Shown here: piece after piece, positions 40,101-55,166 of the stretch
Layout: each line of letters opens with the position of its first letter
How positions within the stretch are numbered: the first letter of the stretch is position 1
From: Eledone cirrhosa
Taxonomy: Eukaryota
DNA length: 64,000 nt
Direction: 5' to 3'
Assembly (NCBI GenBank): GCA_964016885.1
Contig: OZ024746.1
Location: 26,164,001 to 26,228,000 of the forward strand
Translations under genes and position numbers: made by a program
Notes under the pieces: model-generated
The model's database searches: none
Seen by the model: only the letters and a program-made list of their open reading frames with translations
What the model was told of the DNA's origin: nothing

Positions 40101-42484
40101 TATGGTGATCATTATATCCAATCTCTTTATAATTCTTTGATCTGTAGAAATACACCAAACATGGAAAACGGCTGAATAAATATAAATTAAAATAAAATAA
40201 ATAAAAATGTCGTTATTGTTGTTATTTTTAAATTATTTTGTTTTGAATTTTTCTTAACTTTGTTAAAATTTCTTTAGAAAACCATAATGACATAAAATTA
40301 CCTAATTTAGTGGGGTTTTTTTAAATGTATATGTTGACATAGAATTTCACAGGGATCCTAGATATAGCAGTGTGTGTGAAGAAAGAAGGGGAGAGCGAGA
40401 AAGTGTTATGGATGGATGCTAATTAATTTACAAAATATTAAGAGGAAATATTTAATTTGAAATAAATTAGGATTCACTGCATAATGACAGGAAAAAGAAA
40501 TTAAGAAATGTTTTCAGGTTTAATTCTTCTAAACTGGCAGAAGAGATAGTGTTAATTCTGATGATACCAAACTGCCTGAAAGCTCTCCTGGTTTTACAAA
40601 CAGAAATATAGTCGCAGAAAGAAGTACTGGAAAAAATACGATCGAGTTTACGGGGCTGAAAGGTTCATTGGCTGACTATGAAGGAGTGCCTATCAACTTT
40701 TCAGCCGACCCTCGAATGTGATGCCCCAGCATGGCCCTAGTATTTTCTTCTTGGCCACAGTCTAATGACTAAATCCAGCAAATTAATAAAAGAATAAACA
40801 ATCATTGCCAAGTGTGTGGCTGGTGAATGCCAAGTCTCTGATTAACTTAGTGGGTATTATATCGTAGAGAAACAAATATGTGTGTATAGGGCAGTGAGTA
40901 GGGGAGGGAAGTGAGTGAGATAGGGAAAGAAAGAGAAAGGGGAAGTGAGATGAGAGAGAGAGAGAGAGAGAGAGAGAAATTCAGGCACTGAAGGGCAATC
41001 AAAAAAGGTGCAACAATCAACTAAGAAAAAACTCAAACTGTGCAAGATTCACCCAAGTCAATGAGGTTTAGTTTGTGACAGTACCTGTAGATACTGAAGG
41101 GCCCCTCCTTCTCTTTGGGAATCTTTAACAATTATATTCGGGCATTCTGTGTTCTGTCCACCCTATAAAGTGGATTGTGCTGATGACATGACAAAAAAAG
41201 CACTCAGTCCACCCTGTCAGATAGTCATTTTGGCACCACAATAAAAAAAAAAAAATCTAGCTATCGTTTCACATGAGCAATATATGGTCACCTGACCTGA
41301 CTTGTCTCATAAACATGCCCACGTGGCCAAGCATGGAAAATAGAAATTAACCCTTTAGCATTTAAACTGGCAGTATCTGGCCAGAATTCTCTCACCTCTT
41401 TTTGTTCAAACCAGCTGATCATACTTATGTTAAGGTATTGTTCTCAAATATATAATATCAAAATCTCATAGATTCGATATTATGTGAGATAATTGGGTAA
41501 GATAAAGTATTTATTATGAAAATAAAATAGTAAATATAGAGTAATGTAAATACGAAACAGTTAAGTGATGATGGTGATGATAACTCAAACCCTTTAGCTT
41601 AGTCATCCAAATTTGGGTCTCTAGATTTGGGGCATGTCCTTCCTTCCTTTTTTCCTCCTTTCCCTCTTGGAGACCCTGAAAATAATATTGAGCACTGCCC
41701 TTCCTCCCTACTTTCCTGACCATACAACATAAAAACAAAACCATGCCCCCAAGAACTTATATACATGACACATTTGATATGTTCCAATTAAACTGTCAAT
41801 AAGTTTGGTTTATTGAAACAAGAAAACAATATTTATATATATGTTTACAGAAATATTGTTATTGAAAATAAAACATTAACTAGAATAAAAAAAAATAGAC
41901 GTATTTCAAATATTTTATTTAGAAACAAATATCTGAATATTCATTCCTAAGAATGTATAAACACAATCACAGTAGAAAACTTTTAAACAATGTTGTTGTT
42001 GCTGTTGTACTGTGTTTTATAGCAATGTGGTGGTGGTGTTGCGCTGTTTTATAGCAATGTGGTGGTGGTGGTGGTGGTGTTGTACTGTTTTATAGAAATG
42101 CGGTGGTGGTGGTAGTGTTGTATTGTTTCGTAGCAAGGTGTTGTACTGTGTTTTTGTTTTTTTATAGGAATGTGTTGTTGTATTGTTTTATAGCGATGTG
42201 GTGGTGGTGTGGGTGTGGTGTGGTGGTGGTGGTGTGGTGGTGTAGTTTTACAACAATGTGCAAAATAATATAACAAGATAATATAACAAGATAATATAAT
42301 ATAACAGTATAATATAACGATATAATAAGATAGCAAAATAATATAACATCATTGGTGTAGGTTTTAATGTTGATATCATTATATTGTGATATTATTTCCT
42401 CACGTCCACATACAACAATAACAATATTATTTCCTACACACCACATACAACAATAACAACTCCCATCACTACACACCACATATA

Positions 42485-42850
42485 TTTGGCACGGTTTCTA
42501 CGGCTGGATGCCCTACCTCACAGAGTGTACCAGGTGCATTTTATCATGGCATCTGCACTACCACTTTACAGAGAGTACTGGATGTATTTTATCCTGGCAC
42601 CAACACTACCACTTACAGAGTGTAGTGGATGCATATCATTGTGGCACCAACACTACCACTTTACAGCATGTACTGGGTATGTTTTATCATAACACTGCAA
42701 CTATCAATTTACAGCACCACTACCACTTTGCAGAGTGTAATGAGTGCATTTTATAATAGCACTGCCACCACCACTTTACAGAGTGCCCTTGGTGCACTTT
42801 ATTGTGGCAGCAGCACCACCACTTTACAGGATTTAATGGGTGCATTTTGG
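42485..42850. repeat. SINE fragment plus ~47-bp tandem array
   Basis: Same unit as 39745-40100. Confidence 0.75.
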
Positions 42851-43494
42851 TTTTTGTATTAAAAATATTGTTTGATGAAATAAAGTGACACCATTGTTCC
42901 CTTATTACACTAAAACACATTTTAATGTTTGTCTAGGTCATTACCTTATTATGTAGCTTGATTGAGTATTTAATTACTTAGAATTCACTCTCTGACCTAC
43001 ATAATCAATCACACCAGTTTCTAATTAAAGATAATTTTCTTTTCATAACATTCATCCTCCAGTCTCGGTGTCTGTGATTTTTAACTCCTTCATTACCATA
43101 TTTCTAATGAAAGACCTTGCTTAATTTTTTTCAAATAATTTTGAAAATAATCAAGAATTTAGAAGGATTTAATAATATAATTTAACTTTCTAATTAGTTG
43201 TCTGGCATTTGAAACATAAAAGTAGCCTAGTGGCTAGTCTTGGACTCATGACCATAAGATTGTAGGTCCGATTCCTGGACAGGGCAGCATATTATGTTCT
43301 TGAGCAAGGTGCTTTATTTCACATTGCTTTTCACGATATGACTGGGCCCCCTTGTAGACTCCTATGAGATATAACCTTGTAGGGGGCTAGTATAGGTGTT
43401 AGCTGTAATTTTCATTTTATTTTTACATAAAATTATGATGGAAGGTGATATAGATAAAAAAGCATTCCAGGCAGTTTGATATCAAAAGATATAT

Positions 43495-43829
43495 TATACA
43501 GTATGGTAGATGGTGTTATGATATGACATACAGTATGGTATTAAACAGTATATAAGATGTGTTATGATATTAAAAAGGTATGGTAGATGGTGATATGATA
43601 TACAGAATGGTAGAGGGTGTTATGATATACAATATGGTAGAGGGTGTTATGATATACAATATGGTAGAGGGTGTTATGATATACAATATGGTAGAGGGTG
43701 TTATGATATACAATATGGTAGAGGGTGTTATGATATACAATATGGTAGATGATGTTATGATATTAAACAATATAGAAGATGGTGTTGTGATATTAAACAG
43801 TATAGAAGATGGTGTTATGATATTAAACA

Positions 43830-43871
<42 letters not shown>

Positions 43872-44075
43872 ATGGTGTTATATTAAACAGTATGGTAGAT
43901 GGTGATATGATATAATATACAGTATTGTAGAGGATGTTGTGATACAAAGTATGGTAAATAGTGTTATGATATACTACAGTAGATGGTGATATGATATACA
44001 GTATGGTAATGGTGTTATATTATGATACAGTATGGTAGAATATGTTATATGATATAGTATGGAAGATGGTACAGT
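43495..44075. repeat. 27-bp minisatellite
   Basis: TATGGTAGAGGGTGTTATGATATACAA, interrupted by (TA)n. Confidence 0.9.
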
Positions 44076-47000
44076 ATGACATTGGCATCTACCAAACATA
44101 ATGGATTATGAGTGGAATGAGTGGAATGTGTAACAAGTCAAAATAGAGTTGGTTTGATCATTATTTCAATTGTTTGGTGACAGGAAGTTTGTGAGAATGG
44201 AGACATGTTAAGGAGTGGAGACTAGAGATAGAGTAAGAAGAGAAGACATGTCAGAGAAGGTGTGAAAAAATGCAAATGGAGGACATGAAATATGAGAATG
44301 TTTCAGGAGAAGTAAACAAAAAAACATTCAATTTTACTTACTTTAGTGAAGAGAGTGCAGAATCAGCAGAAGATTGCAGTAATCAGTGAAGGAGAATGGA
44401 GACTAAATGTTTGAAGAAGGTTTCAACTGTCAAAGAAAACAAAAAGAACGAAAGATGTCAACAGGTTTCTATCCAATTAAATAACAAACATAGTATGATT
44501 AAATTCTTGTTCTGTTTTAACTAGTAAAAATTATCAAAAATATATAGTAGGAGTGAAAGAAAGGGACGAAGGGTAGTGGGTTTAATGGGTGCTTATTTGC
44601 TCAGCTGTTGGACTAAACTCGAAGAGCAAGTTAAATTGATTAATGCCATAATACAATAACAGCTTCTACATATTTTCTACAGGCTAGTGAGGAGAGTTTA
44701 CACAATTATTAAAAACTTCCTGGCACAGGAAAAAGGGGACACCTGAATTTAGGTCAGCTCAAATTTTAAAATCATCATCATCATCATAATGATGATGATC
44801 ATAATGATCATAATGATCATAATCATTTTACGCCCACATTCCATGCTGCCATTGATTGCCACAATCAGAGTCAGTTATATCTCATTCATGAATTATTTCA
44901 TTTTTAGCTTTTAGCATGGTTTTTATAACTAGATGCCCTTGTTAACATCGACCACTTTACAGAGTGTACTGGGTACATTTCATCATAAGCTACATCGTAA
45001 CATGGGGTACAATATATTACACACACATTTACATGTGTGTGTAATATATTAAATATATAAAACACTTTGAAACAAACAGCTTTGTACTGTAGATCCTGGG
45101 ATGTTTTCATAGTTAATTTAACAAAAGGTTTAAATTAACAAAAGGTTTTAGTAATTTCAATGAGAGATAAAACTATTAAGGGCAAAAACTGACTTTAATA
45201 GCAATGACATTTATAGCTCACAATTATGCAGGTTTAGCTGATAAGTCAAAGTGCTGTGCCTGGAGTAAAAGACAAGACAAAACAATAACTTACAGCAATA
45301 ACATGTACAGATAGAATTTTATATGATGACTAGGAAAAATGTTATATGATGACTAGGGCTTTTATAGCAACGGTTAACCTCATAAGACAGAAAACAAAGA
45401 AAGAATACAGAAAAGGGAAGGAAAAAGGCAAGAAGAAAGTAAGATATAGTGTTAAAAAATGTAAACTATTGAAATTATTGGGAGAAGAGAGAACACATGT
45501 GATGTTGAGGTACTCAATACCAAAGTAGAGTTTAAATATTCTTTATTATGGCTAGGTGATGAGTCTTTGTTAGTCTGCAAATTCATCTGTATACTCATAG
45601 AATTATATACAAGATGATGTCTTGTGAATACACAGGTGGCACTTCAGAGTAACAATACTTCGCTATAATAAAGAATATATAATGTTAAGTAATGAAAGAA
45701 TTCTTGATTATTTTCAAAATGATTTGAAATTCATAGTCAATATCTTTCATTAGAAATATACAAGTGAAATGGTTCAATAAAAGAAACAACAGAAAATGAT
45801 ATAACAGTGAAAATATATTACTGTACAATAATGTCCAAATGCTATAGAGGATGGGGGGATGTTTTAGCTCCTCCTGGTTCTGGGGCTTCAGAAATATAAT
45901 CCAAAACAACAAAGATTTATTTGTAGTTACGCTGTGTTATCTAACATTGTTAGGAATTACATAACTCATACTAAGATAGTGTCATGGCTTAATTACTTCT
46001 GCTATCATCATCATCATCATCATTGTTGTTGTTGTTTAACGTCTGCTTTTCCTGCTAGCAAGGTTGGACATGTCATCAGAAACCAGCCAGTACTCAAGTG
46101 GAGCCTCGGAGCTCCATGTGAGATGGAAGCTTGATATACAATCTTGCACTAGGTAAGTTGTCATGACTTTGGTAAAGCTGAAGGGTCTTCCTGGCCCTTT
46201 GTTTGGCAGGTTTTCTATGGCTTGTTACCCTTTACAGAATGTACTGAGTTATCAATAATTGTGTAGATCACCAACACTAGGGAGGTTATGACTATGACAC
46301 AGTTGAAAAGTCCTCCCGACCCTTTGTTTGGTAAGTTTTGTACAACTGGACATCCTTCCTATCACCAACCATGTTACAGAGTATACTGGCTGCATTTATC
46401 ATGTAAATCACAAACACTAGGAGGGTTGTTATGTCTATGATACAACTGAAGACTCCTTCTGATGCTTTGTTTGGCAAGTTTTCTATGGATGGATGCCCTT
46501 CCTAACACCGTATAACATCATCATCATCATTATCATCTTTTAATATTCGCTTTCCCTGCTAGCAATTTCACTCTTAATGCTTGGGTTGAGCTGAGGTTAT
46601 CGTAAATAATACTTACCCAAGATACCATACAGTGGGATTGAACCTGGGACCTAATGATTGCAAAGTAAACTTCTTCACCATTAAGCCATGCTGAGTCCAC
46701 AGAGTGGTAGTTGTTTGGTAATTTAAAATGAGACTTTTAAAGTAGCAAGTAGTCTAGATTAATAAAATAGTAATGTGCAGTGAGGAAAAGTAAATGAATC
46801 TATTCGGTGTAGCTCAATCTGACAAGCCTGATTGAAATATAACTTATGTGTGAATATTGAAAATGCTTCTTCTCTAAATGAGGTTAATAGCTGGAGAAAT
46901 TATGTATCAAATTAGATTTGCTGTTTTTATGCCAAATACTCCAAATATCATTGTCATACACAGAAGCATGTCAGCTATGTTTGGGAGATTTTCAGTAAAA

Positions 47001-47335
47001 CTTACTAATTTACAGGAAATAAATCAAAATAAAAGTGATTCTAATGTATATAAGTTACAAAATTACAACATTAATGAAATAATTGGCAAAACAAAGCAGA
47101 AAAACTAAATAATTTCACATAGTAACTGCTAAACTTTAACAGAGATTAGGAACTGGCAGTAATGGCTCATTACACCAATTTCATTGTAAGGAAGCATATA
47201 GCCATCTCTATACTCACTCATGCATAATTTACTATAATTTAGTTGCAGGCATAACTAAGTGGTTAACTGTTACCATCCAGTAATTATTTAGTAGAAAATA
47301 TCTAAAAACAAGCCTCTTAATTTATATGTTTATAA

Positions 47336-47520
47336 TACAAGGGTCGGCTGACTGTGAAAGATTGGTGTTAGAGCTGTGAAATCTTGCATGCATTAATTTA
47401 AACTCTTCTTATTGATAACTGTATTGTTTTTTTCCGGGGACTATATTGAAAAATAAACCTCATTTGGTCATTCCATGAGAGTATCTTGGTCATCCTATGA
47501 ATTTTTCAGCCAACCCACAT
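47336..47520. mobile_element. Mariner-type MITE relic
   Basis: TACAAGGGTCGGCTGA ... TCAGCCAACCC inverted termini. A related short relic lies at ~40630-40717. Confidence 0.5.
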
Positions 47521-47865
47521 ATTTTACATTGTGAAACTTTTTAGTAAACTAAAAGACTTTAATTTTTAATTTGATGCAGTTTTATATTTTTTAAAAAATC
47601 TCTTGATGATGTGAGTTGAAGCAATACAGGGCGTTAAGAGTTACAGAGTTAACTTTGCAATCATGATATCCCAGCTTTGATCTCATTGTGTGATATCTAA
47701 GACAAATATTTTTATGATAGTATTGGGTTGTGCCAATCCATCTGAGGGAAATTGGTTAAACAGAAGTTGGATGGATTGGACCTGTAATTCAAAGATCTAA
47801 CCTTGTTACATTATGTCATACTGATTCTACTTGAGAATGTTATGGGTACACATGACTGTGTACAC

Positions 47866-48159
47866 CAGAGGTTCTCAAATTTTTGGGGCCTCCACCCCCT
47901 CACGACCACGTAATACTCTCACCCCCCCCCCTCCCTATTTCCAGAAAGACCTGCACAAATTGTAAATAGTATATAATATATAAAATTATAAATTTATATA
48001 TAATAAACATTATAATATATATACTATGTATAAATAAATATTATATATTTTTTATTTCACTATATTTATTGATATTTAATATACTATTATATAACTCTAC
48101 GGCCCTGTTAGGCCCCTGCGCTGCCCAGGGGGTAGTGGTGCCCACTTTGAGAACCTTTG
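47866..48159. mobile_element. hAT (Charlie-like) MITE
   Basis: TIRs CAGAGGTTCTCAAA / TTTGAGAACCTTTG with an AT-rich centre. TSD not clearly preserved. Confidence 0.65.
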
Positions 48160-48394
48160 ACTAACACTATTATACAAGATGGACTGCACCTGCAATTCAA
48201 AGGTCTATCTATGTCACATATTCTGCCTGTGGATTACGCTACGGGTACATGTGTCTGTGGAATACTCAACCATTCACACATTAATTCATAATTCACACAT
48301 TCGATTGATTCAACAACTGGATGCTCATGTGAAAACTGAAGATCCTCCATTATTATTGATTTACATCTGTTTTCTACACTGATACAGGCTGGAC

Positions 48395-48570
48395 AGCTTC
48401 TTCAGCTCATGACCCAACCATCGCATTCCATTTCTCTTAACAACACCCATCACTGGTTCTATTCCTCTTACCCAGTGACTTTCATCATTCCCCAACACAT
48501 GACCCAACCATCTCATTCCATTTCTTTTAACATTAATCACTGGCTCTATTCCTATCATCCTCTGCAATTT
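48395..48570 (-). pseudogene. RTE-LINE fragment with internal tandem duplication
   Basis: GIEPV..VKRNGMRWLGH occurs twice (RLRWLGHV-type motif). Confidence 0.7.
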
Positions 48571-49424
48571 ATTGTTTGTCTTTTCTCAAAATATTCAAAA
48601 CAATTAACAACCATAAAATTTAAATTTTATTGTTGAAAATAAGTTTCTTAAAAAGAGATATTATATTTAAAAACTGTGCTGACAGTCATAAAAATATTTA
48701 TTATTCAAATAAAAGATTTGTAAAATATTTTAGTGATAAATTAAACAAAAGCTTTTCAACTTTTTAATATTCAAACTTTGAAACAGTGCCTAGAAATATT
48801 GAATTATTTCTGATATTTTGTGCAAAATACCTGCTTTACAAAGATGTTATGACAGTGATTCTCAAATGGGAGGCATTTGGCTCCCAGGGAAGGAATTTTA
48901 ACCAAAGAAGGAATTGAGGAGGAATTCAAACTGGGAAAGAGTAGTATACAGTGTAAATTTCATCATCATTTAACGTCCGCTTTCCCTGCTAGTAAGAGTT
49001 GGATGGGTTTATATAGACCAAGTCAGTACTGAAATGGGGCTACTGACCTTCCAGACAAGCTGAAGGGATCTGTATTCCACCTACGTATGGTCATATCAAG
49101 TGCAGAGGAGAAGTGGTCATGTCTTTAGACACAAACTGTTTGTTTGGCAAGCTTTCCATGGTTGAATGCCCTTCCTAACACCAACCACTTTACAGCATGT
49201 ACAGGGTGCTTTTATTGTGTAGATCACCAGCACTGGGGAGGCTGTCATGTCCTTGACATAACTAAAGGGTCCTTTTAGGCATGGTTTCTACAGCAGGGTG
49301 CCCTTCCTATCGCCAACCACCCTTACGGTGTGTACTACATGCATTTTTGTGTCACCATCACTAGAGAGGTTGTTGGGTGGTTTTTGTTGTGACACCTACA
49401 TGACCACTTTACATGTATTATGCA

Positions 49425-49600
49425 TGCAGGCTTCATTTTTTTCCAATCTTCACAGGTCCTCTGCACACAGTACCCAGGTCTCACTACCATGTATCATTGC
49501 TGTCCATGTATTGCACAATCTGCCCTTCATTTTAAGGGGAAAACCTTTTGAACTTTCTCCATCCTGTTCTTAATCTGGCTACAGTACTTTTGGAACACCC
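49425..49600 (-). pseudogene. RTE-LINE fragment
   Basis: GFPLKMKGRLCNTWTAMIHGSETWVLCAEDL*RLE (YGSETW-type motif). Confidence 0.7.
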
Positions 49601-52508
49601 TCAACTATAATGTACATTTGTATATATCAAATGAAATACCAATATACCCAACTATATGGGTGATCACTAATTAACAGTTCACAAAAAAAAAAACTGCTGC
49701 TTCAGAATTAATCTGATTTGGAACTCTATTGAAATTTGAAAAGCTTTTTTGAGTTAACTGTTTGGGTGGAAAATTATGAGATGACAATTCAAAAGGGTAG
49801 GAAGAATTTAGGAAACCTTGGATTGTAAGGGGAGGAATGTTATCTGGGTTTCTGAAAACCATTGTGTTAACAGAACACTTCATTCTAACAACCGAATAAA
49901 CTAAAATTACTGGAAGCATCAACTGCAACAATGAAGACTCATTGGCTATTTTACTAACTTTTCCTTTTGAAAGGGAGATAAATAGCATCATTGAACTGGC
50001 AACAATAATTGGAAAATAGAAAAGTGTATTAAATGTTCCCTTTGACCATGATATAGCTATAATAAACGACTTTATTATGGAATAGTATCAAAAGTGAAAC
50101 ATAATACAGAAATTCAACCTTTGTTAGAAACGAAAACCTACAATAAAACATCAATATTAATTTCGCTTCCAAACAGTTGCTTTGACCTGTATAGAATGTT
50201 GATGTGATTCTGTGACTCATATTAAAACCCATATATATATTTATATATACACACACACACATATCCGCATTAATGTTCCATATACGGATGTTGAAAGCTC
50301 TTTTGTATTCGACATAATAAAAGAGCAATGCTATTGCTTTGGAAATCTTTGTGAAAAGACATTTAATATCCTTTAAATAGTGGTTAACTTTTAAACTGTG
50401 GAACCCAATCAATGCCAACCCGCTTGAGACCTCTTCAATTCCTTTTATAACTAACTATCTGCTTTTAACACCAACCTGGCCAAAACCAACTCTTGTTCTA
50501 TGAAACAAAACCACCCAATTTGAAAGGTTTAAGAACCATATGTTAAGTTACAAGCTTATTAATGAAATAATTTATAGTTTTGGTAAATCCTTCGATATTT
50601 TTCTTTAATAATGAAAAATTTGGATCGATTTAGTAATATAATAAAATTTCTTATTAATCTGCTGTTTGGAACAATCTAAAAGATTCTTACATAAAATTAA
50701 AATGGAAGGTTTTTAGATTATTAGCCTTTTTCTTGCCATATTTTTTATGGAAGATACTGCCAATAATTTTCAAATCCCTTTGAAAATAAACAAGAATTTT
50801 GAGAATTTAGTAACATAACTAATTTTCTCATTATGAAGCTGGTGTTTAGAACATAACAAATGTTCTTAAATAAAATTATGATGAAAGGTTTATAGATAAT
50901 TATTAACACTTTGAAATAAACAGTTTTGTATCATAGAATCATAAGCAGTGAATTCGCAGAATTGTTAGAACATCGGATAGAATGCTTTGCAGTACTCATT
51001 TTGGCTCTCTGCTCTCTCTGTTCAAATTCCGCTGAGGTCAACTTTGCTTTTCAACCAATTGAGGTCGATAAAAAACAGTACTAAAATACTGGGGTCGATT
51101 CTGCCTCTATATCTCTTTCTCACTACCATTCTTTTAGGCTCTCTATCTTTCTCTGAAACAAATCTGCTGTATTCCGACCAGAAGAGAAGATAGACTTCAC
51201 CAGGTATTAAAATGCCCTAGAAATGCCATATGCCAATACGGAGCCCCAGTAACTCCCTCGGGAGTTACATGATCATGCACGCATCATTGAATCAGGTGTT
51301 TCAGGTGGAAGGGTTAAACACTTGAAAATAAACAGTTTTATATCACAAAACCAGGTCTGTTTTAAGTGGTTTGGTATGAAGAGAGTTAACAAATAACAGC
51401 TTCCTGGTTCAGTTTTCTACACAACATTGGTGCTAAACTTCTCGTTAATTAATTATCCTGTATAAAGAATACAAAACACCATTTTTTATCATTTAATTTC
51501 CAAAGCCATTATCATTTTCTCACTTTCAACACCTAACATCCACCATTGACACCCATAAGCTGTTGCTGAAATCACTCTTTCTTTGAGAAAACAAATTTCA
51601 CAACATGTATAAATGGTTGGAAAACTGATGATGTTTACATTGTTTACATGTCACCAACACAATCACCACCATCATCCCCACCACCACTAACACTACCAAC
51701 ACCACCACAACCACTACCATCACTACTATTATTACAACCACAACCATCACCACACCACCACCACCACCAATGCCACAACTATCATCTCTAGGTTTTCATG
51801 GATGACAGTACCACATGATTTGAACAATTGGCCAGGGCTTGTGGAGGTCTTCACTCAGTGGGCAGATAATGGCAGATAATCACAATGACGACTCTTTCAA
51901 CAACGTATTCCTACTTTCTTTTTTATTTTAATTATTGAAAATAAAATCTGGTAGATGTGAATACACTGAAAAATAAATGATGGGAATAAAGTCAGTGATG
52001 AATGGGTCATGTGTTGAAGAAGGATTAAAGTGACAGGGTGATAGGAATAGAGACAGTAATGAATGTTATGAAGAGAAATGGAATAAGATGATTAGGTCAT
52101 GTGTTGAGGAAAGATTATAGTGGCTGGGAGAGAGGAGTGATGGAAAAGAATGTAGAAGGAAGTAGAGGATGGGGAAGACAAAGAAAGATGGTGTAGGAAG
52201 AAATGAAAGCCAAGGGGTTGGCAATGGAAAGTGCAGACATTAGGGTAAAATGAAGTTTGTCATAGGCCCCTCAAAGATAACCCATGCTATAGCACTGAAA
52301 ATGGTCTTTAAATGCTTGCTGTTGTACAGTGAAAAGTAAATGTGAATACAGTGTAAAATATTTCTAGTATAAAAAGATTGAAATCAGACATAATGGAAGT
52401 GAAACAGTCAAAGCAGACATCAGATCTCTTTTATAAATGTTCATATTTCCTTCTTTTATGAATCTTAATAGACTGAGATTTATCTTCACTTAGTGTTAGA
52501 TAAACTAA

Positions 52509-52553
<45 letters not shown>

Positions 52554-52617
52554 ATATAGTATATGTGTGTCTGCATGCGTACATACAGGCATATTGGTTT
52601 ATATGTATGATTAAAGA

Positions 52618-52688
<71 letters not shown>

Positions 52689-52879
52689 CACATATATATA
52701 CATATATATATATACACAAATGTATATATGTATGTGTATGTATATATAAGCATGTGTACTTTGTTGTGTGTGTGTGTGTGTGAACATGTACATGTGTGTA
52801 AAATAACAAAAATTATTCAATTAAATAGTTTGTTTAATCTGTCTATCCCCCCCCCATCCCTTACCACTTCTCATGATTC

Positions 52880-52915
<36 letters not shown>

Positions 52916-53412
52916 ATAATATTAGTTGAAGAAAACTGTATTGAAAATCTGGAATAGGATTAGTGAGAGCTAGGCTAGGATATTAAAAGAGCTGCAAGTT
53001 GATCTCCTTATTAAACATAACTGACTAACTTAACAGTTATCTCTTTCTACCTTCCACTCTTCTCTAACTTCATAGATTTACTTATGGAAATGTCGAACTG
53101 CTTAAAATTGAGATAAGAACTCCCAGCATTTAATATGATGAGAAAGAACATGGCTGGCTGTAATCTGACTTAATAATAACTTCCAGTGTGTTTTTGTTCT
53201 CAGTTGGTGTTTTTTTTTTTGTTTTTGATTTTTTCTTTGTATGTTTTTTTTAATCAGTGTCGGATCTACTTAGATTTAACACATTTCTCTACATGTACAT
53301 ATTGATAGAGTTGGACTGTAATATATATATATATATTGCTATTTATAACATATTCCATATGTACATATTGGCAGAGAGAGAGAGAGAGAGAGAAAGAGAA
53401 AGAGAAAGAGAA

Positions 53413-53444
<32 letters not shown>

Positions 53445-54023
53445 GGGGGGGGGGGGAGAAATGGAAGGCTTAAGGTGTTTGAAGTAAGACTTAAATTTAA
53501 ATGTATGTTTCACTTGGTACAAAGGCTACTGCAACACATAAACTAACTTGCCCTCTATTTCTTTAAAATTATAGCTATGATTTGTTATGGATGTTGTTAG
53601 GATTTTACCCTTTCTTTGCCATTTTTCATAATTAGCATTTTCATATAAAGTTGTGAATATAGTTGAATAAAATTAGGGATATAACTATTTGAGACTGAAA
53701 AAAAAAAATGAATCCGTCAGTGTAGTGATAAGACAGCATTCTGGCATGTGGCAGTGGTGTGGTTCAATTGTTACAGGTGTTTACTTTGGTCAGTCTCAAG
53801 AGGTAATATCCCTGGTTTTATTCAACTATGTATTAAGCTAATATGTATTGTAGTGGCCATGTATTGCAGTAAACAAAATATACTCTTAAATATATACACA
53901 CACACACATACATGTATTTATAGAATATATTAAGATAGAATGATTAAATGTATATGTATCCAATCAAGATGTTAAATGATGATGTGTGTGTGTGTGTGTA
54001 CATACACACACAATCTCTCTCTT

Positions 54024-54086
<63 letters not shown>

Positions 54087-54283
54087 AAATCTTTTCCTGG
54101 GCCCTGTAATTTCGTTGCTCTGGTAATGCGGCTGGACTGCCGACTGCTATATCTGGTTTGCTAAGCTGTCTGAACGTAATGTTATTACTTTGGGGTCTTA
54201 CCTCATCCAAGTGCTAAAGCTACAGACCGATTATGCATATACGCTAGCTTGGCCGTATACTAAAGCTTCGTCAATGCTGTACT

Positions 54284-54324
<41 letters not shown>

Positions 54325-54467
54325 TGTTTGCTATGTTCTTAATCTTATACAATATATTATAGCAAAATATAATTTGTTTAAATGAAGCTCTGTAAAAATA
54401 GGATTTTTTAGCCTGTATAATGCATTTGAGCTGTTTATGGTATATCATTGGAATAATTTTATTTTGA

Positions 54468-54511
<44 letters not shown>

Positions 54512-54588
54512 CAAAGGAATTGTGGTAAGGAACCATCTGGGCCATAACGCACCAGAGTACTCAATACTTAGGGTAGTAGAGTGGGAAA

Positions 54589-55166
54589 TAGGAAAAAGTA
54601 TGACCCCAACAGCAGAGCTCAAGCTGTTTCGAAGGCTATTTCTGGACTAAATTAGAATTTTTAGCCTGGTGCATAAATAGCCAAACTTGTCAAGGGGTAC
54701 CTCCTTCTATGGGAAGATTGTAGCTGTCAAGAGGATTGGTTAAAATTTGTTGTAAACACAAATAAGTCGATCATGGCATTTGGTGGCTGAACTTGCCTGT
54801 ACAACAAAGGGGGGTGAATGGAGCCATCAAGCATTGAAAGTGATATGTATACAGCAGATTCTAAGGATAGTGTAGAATCTGCTGTATACATATCACTTTC
54901 AATGCTTGACCTGCTCCACTCATCCCTATTGTTCTACAGGCAAGTTCAGCCACCCCTACCTCCCACCAAATGCCATGATAGACTTATTTGTGTTTACAAC
55001 AAATTTTAACCAATCCTCTTGACAACTACAATCTTCCCATATAAGGAAGTACCCCCTTGACAAGTTCGGCTATTTATGCACCAGGCTAAAAATTCTAATT
55101 AAGTCCAGAAATAACCATCGAAACGAAATGGCTTGAGTTCTGCCATCGGGGTCATACTTTTTCCTA
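54589..55166. repeat. Long foldback (~280-bp arms, 9-nt loop), MITE-like
   Basis: TAGGAAAAAGTATGACCCC ... GGGGTCATACTTTTTCCTA. The arms are complementary throughout, and the inner 37 bp (54827-54863 / 54873-54909) are perfect. Confidence 0.92.
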
